Positions 9,352-19,252 are shown, numbered from the stretch's first letter. The stretch: DNA of 64,000 nucleotides from a virus (IMGVR_UViG_3300046171_000068:461-64460), one strand, 5' to 3'. Numbers and translations: made by a program. Notes: generated by a model from the sequence alone, not told the origin.

Positions 9352-12300
9352 GTGGTAGAATTTGTATTACCTGATGAACTAAAAGATGAAGAAAGTTCTT
9401 TTGTATTACCTGAAGACTTGCAAACACCATCTTTATCTGATGAAGAACCTGTAAGGCCTACTCCAGGTGGAGATGTAGGTGCGGGTAAAATGGCTCAAGC
9501 ATTAGCAGCAGAAGTTGCTATATCAGAGGGCGGAAGAACAGCGTCAGCATTTGGAGGCCCATTAACTTATATTTTTGGAGCTTTAGCTTCAGGTGCAGCA
9601 GGTTCATACGCAGCACAAAGAATTACAAATCCTGATGACATATCAAAAGGAAGATTAGTAGCCGATGCATTTATAAATTTAATACCAGGGATGAAAGCAA
9701 CCAAAGGAGTAGGTGCTGTTCAAGATGCTTTAGTAAGACAAGGCGCACTAGGTGCAGGTATAGGTGCAGCAGGTATTACTGGTGAAGTTGTTATAGATGA
9801 AGGCAGGATGCCAACAATAGAAGAATTAGCTAGCGCAGGAATAACGGGTGGCGCATTAGGTGGTGCATTAGGTTTAACTGGAGCAGGAATATCTAGACTT
9901 CTTACAAAGTATGGTGGAAGCCCTGCTGAATTAATGTCTAAAGTTATTAGAGAAAACTCTGACCCTGACTTAACAAGAATGTATAGTAAACTTAGAAATC
10001 TTGGTGAAGAAGATGAAACAATATATCAAGGCATTGCTAAAGATAAACTAACAAATGTTAGAGAACAATTATCAGATGAAGCTATACGAGCAAGAAGACT
10101 ACAAGATACTTCTGCTGATGGTCAATATAATGAAGGTGGTGTCTTAAAAGTAAGAGAATATCAAAACGAAAAAGGCGTAGCTATGGGAAAAGACCAACAA
10201 GATTACTACGCAAAAAGAAGACTACAAGAAGCTAAAATAACAAATAACTTAAAAGCGTTATCAGAAGAAAGTCAACTTATAGATGATGAGCTTACTAGAG
10301 TAGCGGCAAGAAGAGGAATTTCTCCAAAACAATTAAGCACCGACTTAGACAATTATTTACATGCTAAATATGCATTAGATTATAATAAATTAAAAGGCGA
10401 AGGAAAATCAGGCATGTCTACTGAGGCTGCAAATGAATTTGTAAAAGATTTTGAATCTAGAGGTCTTACAGGTTATTTAAACAATTCTATAAACATATTA
10501 AGAGACCAAGTAAAAAGAACAAACGACCTTGCTTTAGATAGTGGCCTTTTGTCAAAAGAAAAACTAGCACAATACAAAAGAGAATATGGAGAAAACTATG
10601 TTCCTTTAACAAGAAAGTTAGATGAAGATACACAGCTATTTTCAGCAGACCCTTATGATGTAAAAGTATCAGGAATCTATGACGACATTGGTAGTGATTT
10701 AGAAGTTAAATCTATAAGAGAAAACATTACAGAAAATTTAGCAAACATTGCAAGAAAAGCAGAACTTAATAAAACTAATTTATCTTTTGTTGATTTAGTG
10801 GATAACCCTATAAACAGGGATGCTGCAAAAGGAATATTAAAACAATTTAATGGAAAAAATTATGCTCAAGGAAAAGGTAATAGAGATACAACATTAAGTT
10901 TTTTTAGAAATGGCGAACAGTATCATATGGATTTTGCAGACCCACAGCTAGCTAGGGTTTTCAAAGGCGCACCACAAAAAGACATGGGGCCAATAACACA
11001 AATGATTTATAATTTTGCATCAGGCGCTAACAGATATTTAGGTAGTATATATACAAGACTTAACCCTGACTTTGTAATACCTAACTTATTTAGAGATAGA
11101 ACAGAAGCATTAGTTAATAATACTATAAGATTAGGTTCTAAGCCTGGGCTAGGAACTATAAACCCATTCAAAGCTATAAATGAAGACATGGGGATTATTA
11201 GAAAAAAATTAAACAAAACCCCACCTGAAACTGCAAAAGAAAGAGAATTATATGACCTTTACGATAAATTTGTAGAAGATGGGGGGAATGTTGGAGGGCT
11301 TGGCCTAACAACAAGAACTGAAATTATAGATGAAATAAAAAATTTACCTAACAATTTGGATGCAGGAAGCGGTAAAAAAACTGCTAATGCTGTTGGTAAT
11401 TGGATAAACAAAGTTAACACAATGTTTGAAGATGGAACTAGATTTGCAACATACAAGTTAGCTATACAGTCAGGTAAATCTAGACAAGCAGCAGCAATAG
11501 CAGCAAGAGATTCATCTTTTGACCCTACACTAGGTGGTACAGAAAAAGGATTAGTTAGAGCAACATTTCTTTTTGCAAACCCTGCGCTACAAGCTAGTAA
11601 AGTATTTTTAAAAAACTTAGCAAGTAAACCAAAACTTGCTGTAGGATTTTTTGGAACTTTGATGGGCTTAAAATATGCAATTAATAAATGGAATACTAGC
11701 GTAGACCCTGATTGGGAAGAAAAACTTAAAACAACATCAGGTAGTGAATTTATAAAAAATAAAACTTTAGTATTTTTAACAGGTGTTAAAGATGACGGAA
11801 GCCCACAATATGTATCTATACCCATAGGTTATTCTATGGTTCCATTCGCTGTTGCAGCAGATTACGCACAAAAGACAATAAATCAAGAAATGACTGTAGA
11901 TAAAGCAGGAGAAGCAGCAGCAGATATTATAAGAGAGATGGGAGATACTTATAACCCAACAGGCGGAAGTATAATACCAACTATTGCTAGACCATACTTT
12001 GAATTAAAAAGTAACAAAGACGGATTAGGAAGAACTATTAGGCCTGAATGGATGGAAACAAGACCTATGGCTGCTAAAGAAAGAATGTACTCACATACTA
12101 TGGATACATATGGTGGCGAGCTTGCATACTCTATGGCAGAAACTGCTGAAGCATTAGGCATAGAAACATCTCCTGAAAATTTAAAACATTTATTTCAAAT
12201 GTTTACTGGCGGTATAGGTGGCACTATGGGCAGGTTAGTCAATGTAACTTCTGATGCATACAACAAAGGATGGGAAGGTATAAAAGAAAAAGATATTCCT

Positions 12301-12783
12301 ATAGCTCGTAGATTCTTTGGTAGCGGTTATAAAAAGAAGTTTGAAGATAGAGCGGGTTATCAGTCTGAAATAGAAGAGTTTACAAGAATAGACAATACCG
12401 AAAGAGCAAAAGACGGAAGAATAGCTTCTGATATCTTTAGACAAATAAGAGATGCAAATGAAGCTAACAAACCTGAGCAAGCTTTGGATGTACTTCAAGA
12501 ATCAATAGAACTTGGCCAATTAACACCAAGCGTACAAAGAAGATTAAAAACTAAGTTTGATAACTATAAAAAAGGTTTAACTCAAACAGACGCAAGGGTA
12601 AAACAACTTACTGTAAAAGTAAGAGCAAAATATTTATTAGACCAAATGAAAACAAAATCATTACCTGAGTTACAAGAATATGTAGCTGACCAAATGAGAA
12701 AGGGTGTATTAACTAAAAATGTTCTTACAGAATTATCAGGCCTAGAAGAGTTTAAAAACTTAACGCTAAGGAAAGTAGAATGA
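9352..12783 (+). CDS. Large DNA ejection protein with LPD38-like C-terminal domain
   Basis: 1143 aa, Gly/Ala hydrophobic N-region; FLFANPALQ...IPIGY...NKDGLGRTIRPE...SPEN motifs. Confidence 0.7.
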   Translation: MVEFVLPDELKDEESSFVLPEDLQTPSLSDEEPVRPTPGGDVGAGKMAQALAAEVAISEGGRTASAFGGPLTYIFGALASGAAGSYAAQRITNPDDISKGRLVADAFINLIPGMKATKGVGAVQDALVRQGALGAGIGAAGITGEVVIDEGRMPTIEELASAGITGGALGGALGLTGAGISRLLTKYGGSPAELMSKVIRENSDPDLTRMYSKLRNLGEEDETIYQGIAKDKLTNVREQLSDEAIRARRLQDTSADGQYNEGGVLKVREYQNEKGVAMGKDQQDYYAKRRLQEAKITNNLKALSEESQLIDDELTRVAARRGISPKQLSTDLDNYLHAKYALDYNKLKGEGKSGMSTEAANEFVKDFESRGLTGYLNNSINILRDQVKRTNDLALDSGLLSKEKLAQYKREYGENYVPLTRKLDEDTQLFSADPYDVKVSGIYDDIGSDLEVKSIRENITENLANIARKAELNKTNLSFVDLVDNPINRDAAKGILKQFNGKNYAQGKGNRDTTLSFFRNGEQYHMDFADPQLARVFKGAPQKDMGPITQMIYNFASGANRYLGSIYTRLNPDFVIPNLFRDRTEALVNNTIRLGSKPGLGTINPFKAINEDMGIIRKKLNKTPPETAKERELYDLYDKFVEDGGNVGGLGLTTRTEIIDEIKNLPNNLDAGSGKKTANAVGNWINKVNTMFEDGTRFATYKLAIQSGKSRQAAAIAARDSSFDPTLGGTEKGLVRATFLFANPALQASKVFLKNLASKPKLAVGFFGTLMGLKYAINKWNTSVDPDWEEKLKTTSGSEFIKNKTLVFLTGVKDDGSPQYVSIPIGYSMVPFAVAADYAQKTINQEMTVDKAGEAAADIIREMGDTYNPTGGSIIPTIARPYFELKSNKDGLGRTIRPEWMETRPMAAKERMYSHTMDTYGGELAYSMAETAEALGIETSPENLKHLFQMFTGGIGGTMGRLVNVTSDAYNKGWEGIKEKDIPIARRFFGSGYKKKFEDRAGYQSEIEEFTRIDNTERAKDGRIASDIFRQIRDANEANKPEQALDVLQESIELGQLTPSVQRRLKTKFDNYKKGLTQTDARVKQLTVKVRAKYLLDQMKTKSLPELQEYVADQMRKGVLTKNVLTELSGLEEFKNLTLRKVE

Positions 12784-13214
12784 TACCTTTTGAAGTAATA
12801 ACCATGCTTGGCTCTAGTTTGTTTACTGGGTTACTTTCTATATGGTCACAGAAATCTAAAGACGCAGCAGATCAACAAAAGTATCTTATGCAAAGAGCAG
12901 AGATAAATCGTGCATCAGTAGAAGATGCAAGAAAAGATAACAGTCAATATCAATCTACAACAAGAAGATGGATGGCATTATTAGCTGTGTTCTTTATTAT
13001 CTGTTTACCTAAATTAGCAGTATTCTTAGACCCATCAGTACAAGTACATCTTATGTATCTTGAACAAGTTAAAGAGGGTTGGTGGATATTCGGCAGTATA
13101 GAAGAAGTTACAACATTTCAAGGAATATCAGGTGTAGTTATTACTACAGCAGACACACATTTTTTAGCAGCGATATCAGGATTCTATTTCGGTTCTGCTG
13201 CAACAAGGAGATAA
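12780..13214 (+). CDS. Membrane protein, holin-like
   Basis: Three hydrophobic segments ending GFYFGS; protein identical to 50836-51270. Confidence 0.55.
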   Translation: MIPFEVITMLGSSLFTGLLSIWSQKSKDAADQQKYLMQRAEINRASVEDARKDNSQYQSTTRRWMALLAVFFIICLPKLAVFLDPSVQVHLMYLEQVKEGWWIFGSIEEVTTFQGISGVVITTADTHFLAAISGFYFGSAATRR

Positions 13215-13215
13215 C

Positions 13216-13464
13216 ATGGTAGCTAAAAGATATCAAAGCAAAACTGGTGGATTAAACGAAGCAGGAAGAAAACATTTTAAACGTACTACAGGTGCTAATT
13301 TAAAAAGACCTGTAACAGGTAAGGTAAAGCCAGGATCAAAAGCTGCAGGAAGACGTGCAAGTTTTTGTGCAAGAATGTCTGGTGTTAAAGGTCCTATGAA
13401 AGATTCTAAAGGTAGACCAACTCGTAAAGCACTAGCACTTCGTAAATGGAAATGCCGTGGATAG
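13216..13464 (+). CDS. Small basic phage protein (DUF6321-like)
   Basis: GGLNEAGR...RRASFCARM...ALRKWKC. Confidence 0.65.
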   Translation: MVAKRYQSKTGGLNEAGRKHFKRTTGANLKRPVTGKVKPGSKAAGRRASFCARMSGVKGPMKDSKGRPTRKALALRKWKCRG

Positions 13465-14068
13465 AATATATATAGCACTTGTTATTATAATTGTATTAAT
13501 CTTAGGGTACGCAATAGAAGATGCTGTGTCAGACACTACATCATCAGGTGCTACAACAAATAATCAGACAAATGCTTCAGGCAGTAACACATCTATATCA
13601 GGTGGTTACTCGCAAGAGACAACCAATAACTATACTGGTGGACAAACTAATACCACAAGTAATTCTACAACTAATAACTCTAATCAAGAGACTGCTGTTA
13701 ATTCTGCAACAGCACCTGCTATGTCAGTATATGGTCAAGACAGTTGTGTAATACCCCTTTCTATTGGCATGACTGTTATTGGCTTTAGCACATCTATGGG
13801 TACTTATTATCACGATATGGAATGTGAACGCAGAAAGAAAGCTAAACTACTTAATGGTTTAGGTATGAAAGTCGCAGCGATATCATTGATGTGCCAAGAC
13901 AAGTCTGTTTGGAAATCCATGATGGATGCAGGTACACCATGTCCTATAGATGGATTGATTGGTGAACAAGCTAAACAACGATGGGAAGAACTAGGTAATG
14001 AAAAAGTTTTTGATACTGTTAATGCTACCTCTAGTGGCAAATTCAGACACCACAGAAAATCTCCTTAA
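13457..14068 (+). CDS. Membrane-anchored Cys-containing phage protein
   Basis: N-terminal TM, T/N/S linker, DSCV...CERR...LMCQD...TPCP. Confidence 0.65.
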   Translation: MDRIYIALVIIIVLILGYAIEDAVSDTTSSGATTNNQTNASGSNTSISGGYSQETTNNYTGGQTNTTSNSTTNNSNQETAVNSATAPAMSVYGQDSCVIPLSIGMTVIGFSTSMGTYYHDMECERRKKAKLLNGLGMKVAAISLMCQDKSVWKSMMDAGTPCPIDGLIGEQAKQRWEELGNEKVFDTVNATSSGKFRHHRKSP

Positions 14069-15209
14069 CCAACAAATTTATGATGGCAATAACTTTGCCA
14101 ATGGTTGGTCTGGAACAAATGACCACAATCATGGTAATAATATTGCAGCAGGTGTTGATGGAGAATACATAGAAAATAGTATCTCATTACAAAATGATGC
14201 AGGATTATCTAAAGGTATTATTAATAATGGGTTTACATCTACGGCAGGTGCAGATATTTGGTTCTGGAATCAGATAGAACAAAACGTAGAGATAACACAA
14301 ACTTTAGTAGATGATAATGGCAATGTAACTACACAGACTAAAACTATAAACAACGATGGCTGTTATTATTGCACACATACTGATTCAATTATTATTGGTA
14401 ACAATAGCCAAGAAGATTACGACATAACAGTTAGATATACTTTTAATGAGAACAGTAATTCTATATCTCATTATGGTGCTGACTTAAAAAGTCCTACATT
14501 GTTTATCGAGTATGATCCTGTAGTAGTAGATGTTGCAACACAATCAGCTATTACAGAAATATCGAATGATATACAAGAGATATATATAGAAGAATTTGTT
14601 TACGAAGAACCTATTATTGAAGAAGTAGTTTTTGAAGAACCAGTTGTAGAGATAATAGAAGAACCTATTTTTATAGAAGAAGAATTTGTAGAGGAGACTA
14701 TTGTATTAGCTCCTGCTATGATAGAACCTGAGATAGTAGAAGAAGTTATAGAAGAACCTGCTATCGAAGAAGTATTTGAAGAAATAGTTGAAGCACCTTT
14801 GGAGGAAGTAAATGAAACAGAAGTTGTCGAAGAAACAGAAAGAGATACGGAAGTGGGTGAAGATACAGGAGGAGCTGTCGAAACAGAATCAGCAGGAGTA
14901 TCTGAAAGCACACAAGACAACAGTAGGAGTTTTGAAACCGAACTAACAATAGAAGAAATATCTATTAAAGTAGCAGACAAAATTAAAACAATAGATGGTC
15001 AGCTAAAAGCTACACAAATGATAGTAGCTAAAGTCATGGCTAAAGATAATAAAATATCTTCTTACTCAAAAGTAAACACAGATATATTTATACAACCTGA
15101 ATTACAAAGTATTGATATAGGTACATACACTAACAGTAACTATGTTGATATTAGAAACATTTACCCAAATCAAACTTACGAGGACAGACTATGGACATCA
15201 AGACAATAG
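13998..15209 (+). CDS. Exported protein with beta domain and long acidic linker
   Basis: Signal peptide MKKFLILLMLPLVANS; EEP/IEE-rich tract. Confidence 0.65.
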   Translation: MKKFLILLMLPLVANSDTTENLLNQQIYDGNNFANGWSGTNDHNHGNNIAAGVDGEYIENSISLQNDAGLSKGIINNGFTSTAGADIWFWNQIEQNVEITQTLVDDNGNVTTQTKTINNDGCYYCTHTDSIIIGNNSQEDYDITVRYTFNENSNSISHYGADLKSPTLFIEYDPVVVDVATQSAITEISNDIQEIYIEEFVYEEPIIEEVVFEEPVVEIIEEPIFIEEEFVEETIVLAPAMIEPEIVEEVIEEPAIEEVFEEIVEAPLEEVNETEVVEETERDTEVGEDTGGAVETESAGVSESTQDNSRSFETELTIEEISIKVADKIKTIDGQLKATQMIVAKVMAKDNKISSYSKVNTDIFIQPELQSIDIGTYTNSNYVDIRNIYPNQTYEDRLWTSRQ

Positions 15210-15397
15210 CAGGAATACTAGGACTAGTTATTACATTAGGTGGTTTGTTTGTTCAAGTTGGGCAGATTTTAAACAGATTAGAGGTGGTTGAGTCCAGAAC
15301 AGTTCCAGACATAACGCCACTAGAAAAAGAATTATCAATACTTAGAACAGAATTAGAGGGTTTAAAAGCTAGAAATAGTAATCCTTTAATGCGATGA
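15191..15397 (+). CDS. Small TM + coiled-coil protein
   Basis: N-terminal TM; homolog 53164-53370. Confidence 0.6.
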   Translation: MDIKTIAGILGLVITLGGLFVQVGQILNRLEVVESRTVPDITPLEKELSILRTELEGLKARNSNPLMR

Positions 15398-15522
15398 TAA
15401 AGATAATTAAGTTCTTATTAAGTAAGGTAAGAACGAAATATCTAAGACCTGAACTATCAGTCTTAGAGTTTATACTTATATTGGTTATGTCATATTACAT
15501 CACTAGATGGATATATGCTTAA
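15394..15522 (+). CDS. 42-aa membrane protein (not in ORF track)
   Basis: MIKIIKFLLSKVRTKYLRPELSVLEFILILVMSYYITRWIYA; frame conserved at 53367-53495 with synonymous changes. Confidence 0.6.
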   Translation: MIKIIKFLLSKVRTKYLRPELSVLEFILILVMSYYITRWIYA

Positions 15523-15539
15523 ACTAATAGGAGATAACT

Positions 15540-15749
15540 ATGAGTGCAAATATTCCCTACACAAAAAGGGAAATGCAAATCATCAAAGCAATCCATGCGA
15601 TTGATCCCAAAGCAGAAATCAGCATTAAGTCAAGAATCAATAATAGACTTGACTATAAATATGGTGGTATAGTGTTCTTAAATTGTACACCGATAACTTG
15701 GGATGAAGTTATGGATAAGATTGATGAAGAAGAAAGAAGACCTTATTAA
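15540..15749 (+). CDS. Hypothetical protein
   Basis: AGGAG RBS; conserved in copy B. Confidence 0.6.
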   Translation: MSANIPYTKREMQIIKAIHAIDPKAEISIKSRINNRLDYKYGGIVFLNCTPITWDEVMDKIDEEERRPY

Positions 15750-15936
15750 TCGACCAAGTCATTATACTAAAGGTATAGAGACAATCGAATACATAAGATC
15801 ATGGGATATGGATTATGTTCGTGGGAACATCGTGAAATACGTTACCCGATTCCCTTACAAAGGCACACCTATACAAGACTTAGAGAAAGCTAAGTGGTAT
15901 CTCGAATATCTAATTAAACAGGAAAAAAACAAATGA
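15703..15936 (+). CDS. DUF3310 protein (T7 gp1.7-like nucleotide kinase family)
   Basis: INRPSHY..GIETIEYI...GNIVKYV.R...KG...DLEKAKWYL. Confidence 0.85.
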   Translation: MKLWIRLMKKKEDLINRPSHYTKGIETIEYIRSWDMDYVRGNIVKYVTRFPYKGTPIQDLEKAKWYLEYLIKQEKNK

Positions 15937-17012
15937 CAAACCAAATACATAACAATGGTGGTAACTACAGTAGAGTAGGTATCATACAAAGAAATGAAGA
16001 TGGTAATGCTTTATGTTGCCCTCATTGTAAATCAACCCACTTGATTAAAGCAGGTACAGATGGCTCAGAAAAACAAAGAAAGAGATGGAAGTGCAGGACT
16101 TGTAATAAGAAAACATCAAACCCTGAAGTTATAAAGAATTATGAATTAGAAGAAGCTCAGAATCTTGATTGGTCTACAGAAGAATTAATCAATGCAAGAA
16201 CAGAAGTATTCAAAAGAAAAGAAGCAAGAGAAAAGTCTGAAAAGTTTATCAACATAAAGATAAATGATAAGAAACCTATAGGATTATATATTCAAGGCGA
16301 TCCTCATGTTGATGATGATGGATGTGATTGGGTATCACTTAGAAAGCACATAGATATAGTCAATGATACAGAGGGTATGTATGCCTGTTCTGTTGGTGAC
16401 TTATCTAATAACTGGGCTAGACGTGGTAAGTTAGCAGGATTATGGGCAGACCAAACAACTAATGGCGAACAACAATGGCAGTTAGTAGAATGGTTAGTCA
16501 ATGCAACACCTTATATCTTTATCGTTGCAGGAAACCATGATATGTGGGCTATGGAGGGTGATCCGATTACTTGGATGTGTAAACCTCTAAAAACTGTATA
16601 CTCTAACCATAACGCAAGACTTAAAATCAAACTACCTAAACACGAAATAAAGGTAAACTGTTCTCATAATTTCAGAGGACATTCCATGTACAATACAGCT
16701 CATGGTATTGTTAAACACGCATTGTTCAATGCAAGAGACCACTTACTCATAGCAGGTCATACTCATGTATCAGGATATAGCCCTATCAAGGATGCTAACT
16801 CAGATAAGATTATGCACTGTGTACAAGTAGGTTCATATAAGAAGTACGACAACTTTGCTAAACAACTTAATCTTCCATGTAAGATGATGTCAGCTTGTGC
16901 TGTTGCTGTATTTAATACTGAACTCACAGAAGATCATCCAGACTTTATTAAAGTATTTTGGGAAGTACAAGAGGGTGCTGATTATCTTAATTATCTAAGA
17001 AACAAAAAATGA
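15933..17012 (+). CDS. Calcineurin-like metallophosphoesterase with N-terminal Zn ribbon
   Basis: CPHC...CRTC ribbon; GDPH, VGD, GNHD, H, GHTH motifs. Confidence 0.8.
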   Translation: MTNQIHNNGGNYSRVGIIQRNEDGNALCCPHCKSTHLIKAGTDGSEKQRKRWKCRTCNKKTSNPEVIKNYELEEAQNLDWSTEELINARTEVFKRKEAREKSEKFINIKINDKKPIGLYIQGDPHVDDDGCDWVSLRKHIDIVNDTEGMYACSVGDLSNNWARRGKLAGLWADQTTNGEQQWQLVEWLVNATPYIFIVAGNHDMWAMEGDPITWMCKPLKTVYSNHNARLKIKLPKHEIKVNCSHNFRGHSMYNTAHGIVKHALFNARDHLLIAGHTHVSGYSPIKDANSDKIMHCVQVGSYKKYDNFAKQLNLPCKMMSACAVAVFNTELTEDHPDFIKVFWEVQEGADYLNYLRNKK

Positions 17013-17320
17013 AACCAAAATTAGTAGTGATAAATTGGGAAGATGCAATCACCCCAACATCAGGGTGGACGAACATAAAAGAATTAGAAAGCACATTAGC
17101 TGACTGTATATCAATCGGATTAGTCGTTGAAGAAAACGACAAAACTATAACACTTGTTAGTCACATCTCAGGATCTGATACGCAAGTAGATATAGATGGG
17201 AGTCTCGTATTGGATAAGTCTTGGATTAAATATAGAAAAGACTTACCTCTACCTAAAGAGACAATTAATAAATTAAAGATATGGTTATTGGAGAACGCAG
17301 ATGCCCAGAAAGATAAGTAA
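17009..17320 (+). CDS. Conserved phage hypothetical protein
   Basis: VVINWEDA...GW...SIGLVV motif; conserved in copy B. Confidence 0.65.
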   Translation: MKPKLVVINWEDAITPTSGWTNIKELESTLADCISIGLVVEENDKTITLVSHISGSDTQVDIDGSLVLDKSWIKYRKDLPLPKETINKLKIWLLENADAQKDK

Positions 17321-17792
17321 AGAAGACGAACAAAAATTTATAGATTATTACCTAGAGGGAGAGACAGCAGGTAATGCAACACAATCAGCTAAAGCTGGAT
17401 GGAAAGATGATTCTAGACAAATGGGTTACTATCTTAAAAACAAATACGTTGCCGAAATCAAACAAAAGAATGAAGAGCGTATAGCATCTACATCAGGACT
17501 CGCAATATCTGTATTACAAAACCTATTACATTCCGAGCAAGACAATGTCAGACTCAACACAGCAAAATTAGTTTTAGAAATGGGTGGTTTTAGTTCTCAG
17601 AATATAAATTTAAATGTAGAGAAAGGACAAAATAAAACTGACGAGGAGCTAATAGAAGAGTTACAAGGCCTAGTTAGCAAGATTCCTGCTCTAAAACCTA
17701 AGTTAGCAGCAATTAAGGACCACACAGAAGAGGAAAAGGTTGAACAGCCTTCAGAAGCTTCTGAGGTAGACGAGAAGAGACTTACGCATTAG
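17301..17792 (+). CDS. terS: Terminase small subunit
   Basis: KFIDYY...GNATQSAKAGW HTH-like start, VRLNTAKLVLE helix, KTDEEL tail. Confidence 0.7.
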   Translation: MPRKISKEDEQKFIDYYLEGETAGNATQSAKAGWKDDSRQMGYYLKNKYVAEIKQKNEERIASTSGLAISVLQNLLHSEQDNVRLNTAKLVLEMGGFSSQNINLNVEKGQNKTDEELIEELQGLVSKIPALKPKLAAIKDHTEEEKVEQPSEASEVDEKRLTH

Positions 17793-17865
17793 TGGGTTAT
17801 AATCGTACCAGACACCTTAATTAAATTGGATTACGGGCATTCTAGAGCCTGTTTTTTTTCATTAA

Positions 17866-18738
17866 TTATTTTTTATTATAATTTTTACAGGCTTCGCTAA
17901 AGGTTTCTATAAATTCGTAAAATTTTACAGCTAACGACCCATAAGAACATCCTTTTGGATGTTTTTTAGCTAACTTTATCAAATATTCTATTGCTTCCAT
18001 CTTATCTTTTTTATTATCGAACTGTCTCATAAAGCAACCAAGGTCTGAAGATAAAGTATAAAGCTCAGAATCCCCAAAATATGAAACTCTATTCCTTACA
18101 ACACCTCTTAAGTACCCTTTCCTTTTTTCATAATCTGTTGTTTCTGTGTGATAAATAACAGTATTTATAAACCTTTCTATAACTTCTTTTTTTTCTTCAA
18201 AAGTTTCTTTTTCAACAATTTGTTCTAAGATATTTTCTGATGTATCTATTGATTCATATATTCTTTCTATAGAATGTTTTTCTGTTAATCTTTTTATAGT
18301 ATTTAACCCGACTTTATTAATCTTTATTGTTAATCCATATTCAGAAAATAATTTTTCCATAAATTTTTTTATCTTTGTTGGAATAAAGTTTTTAGATTTT
18401 AATTTTTTTTCTTGTTTTTCTAAATCTTTCTGTATCTTTATTTTTTCTTCTTGTAATTTTTTTATGGTTTTCTTTTTTGTTTCTAGTATTTTTATTTCAC
18501 CAGGCATTTTATCTGATTTACCTTGATTACATGTTTCGCAAGTGGCTCTTAAATTAGAGAACTCTGATTTGCCTCCATGTTTTACAGGAATTATATGGTC
18601 GATTACCAGCTTAACATCAGGGGCCTTAGCTCCGCAATCACAACAAGTAAAGTTATCTCTTACTAAAACGTCATGCCTTAACCCAGGCCTAATGTATCTT
18701 GGATTACTTTTATTCATCTCCAATCTTAGATAAAGCAC
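17866..18738 (-). CDS. HNH endonuclease with long C-terminal extension
   Basis: RDNFTCCDCG...IDHIIPVKHGG...NLRATCETCNQGK. Confidence 0.85.
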   Translation of the reverse strand: MLYLRLEMNKSNPRYIRPGLRHDVLVRDNFTCCDCGAKAPDVKLVIDHIIPVKHGGKSEFSNLRATCETCNQGKSDKMPGEIKILETKKKTIKKLQEEKIKIQKDLEKQEKKLKSKNFIPTKIKKFMEKLFSEYGLTIKINKVGLNTIKRLTEKHSIERIYESIDTSENILEQIVEKETFEEKKEVIERFINTVIYHTETTDYEKRKGYLRGVVRNRVSYFGDSELYTLSSDLGCFMRQFDNKKDKMEAIEYLIKLAKKHPKGCSYGSLAVKFYEFIETFSEACKNYNKK

Positions 18739-19252
18739 TATTCTCTATATCCTTTATCTTTTCTAAAACTTTCATATATTGTTTTTTAAATTCCATATAA
18801 CCTTTCTTATCATATCCCATAATTTCATATCGATTATTATCATCATATATAAATTGTCCAGTACCTTGGCAATGTTCACACTTCACAATCTTATCACCAC
18901 TAGTAACCGAACCTCTGCCTAAACAAAAAGGACACACATTATCCATAACTTCAGAGATGGCAAGATTAACAAATGCACGCACCAATAACTTATCACTAGA
19001 TACTAGTTTATCTTTTTTATCCTTAATAAATATATCAGCACAATCTGTAAATATATCGTCAAAGAACATTGCTCTTGCGTAATTGTTATCTGTGTACTTT
19101 GCTATAAGAAAATCATATTCTTCTGTGGTCAATCCCCTACTCCCTAAAAACGCAGCTATGTCCTGTGGGGTAATAGCATCGTGGTTCGCAGAAGATGATA
19201 CCTCATAATTCATTGATTTGGCAGTTAAAAGTGTTAATAATTCAACTTTCAT
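18710..19252 (-). CDS. Lambda Q-like antiterminator / late regulator (Zn finger)
   Basis: CPFCLGRG...CEHCQGTG; near end of nin-like operon; start at MKVELL. Confidence 0.55.
   Translation of the reverse strand: MKVELLTLLTAKSMNYEVSSSANHDAITPQDIAAFLGSRGLTTEEYDFLIAKYTDNNYARAMFFDDIFTDCADIFIKDKKDKLVSSDKLLVRAFVNLAISEVMDNVCPFCLGRGSVTSGDKIVKCEHCQGTGQFIYDDNNRYEIMGYDKKGYMEFKKQYMKVLEKIKDIENSALSKIGDE

Noticed and set aside
591-14980. Numerous minus-strand ORFs in the late region (also 36679-37347, 48781-49467)
   Set aside because: Antisense shadows of well-supported plus-strand genes, without RBS or motifs.
15933-16120. IS1 InsA-like Zn ribbon as an insertion sequence
   Set aside because: Fused in frame to a phosphoesterase; no transposase catalytic domain or terminal inverted repeats seen.
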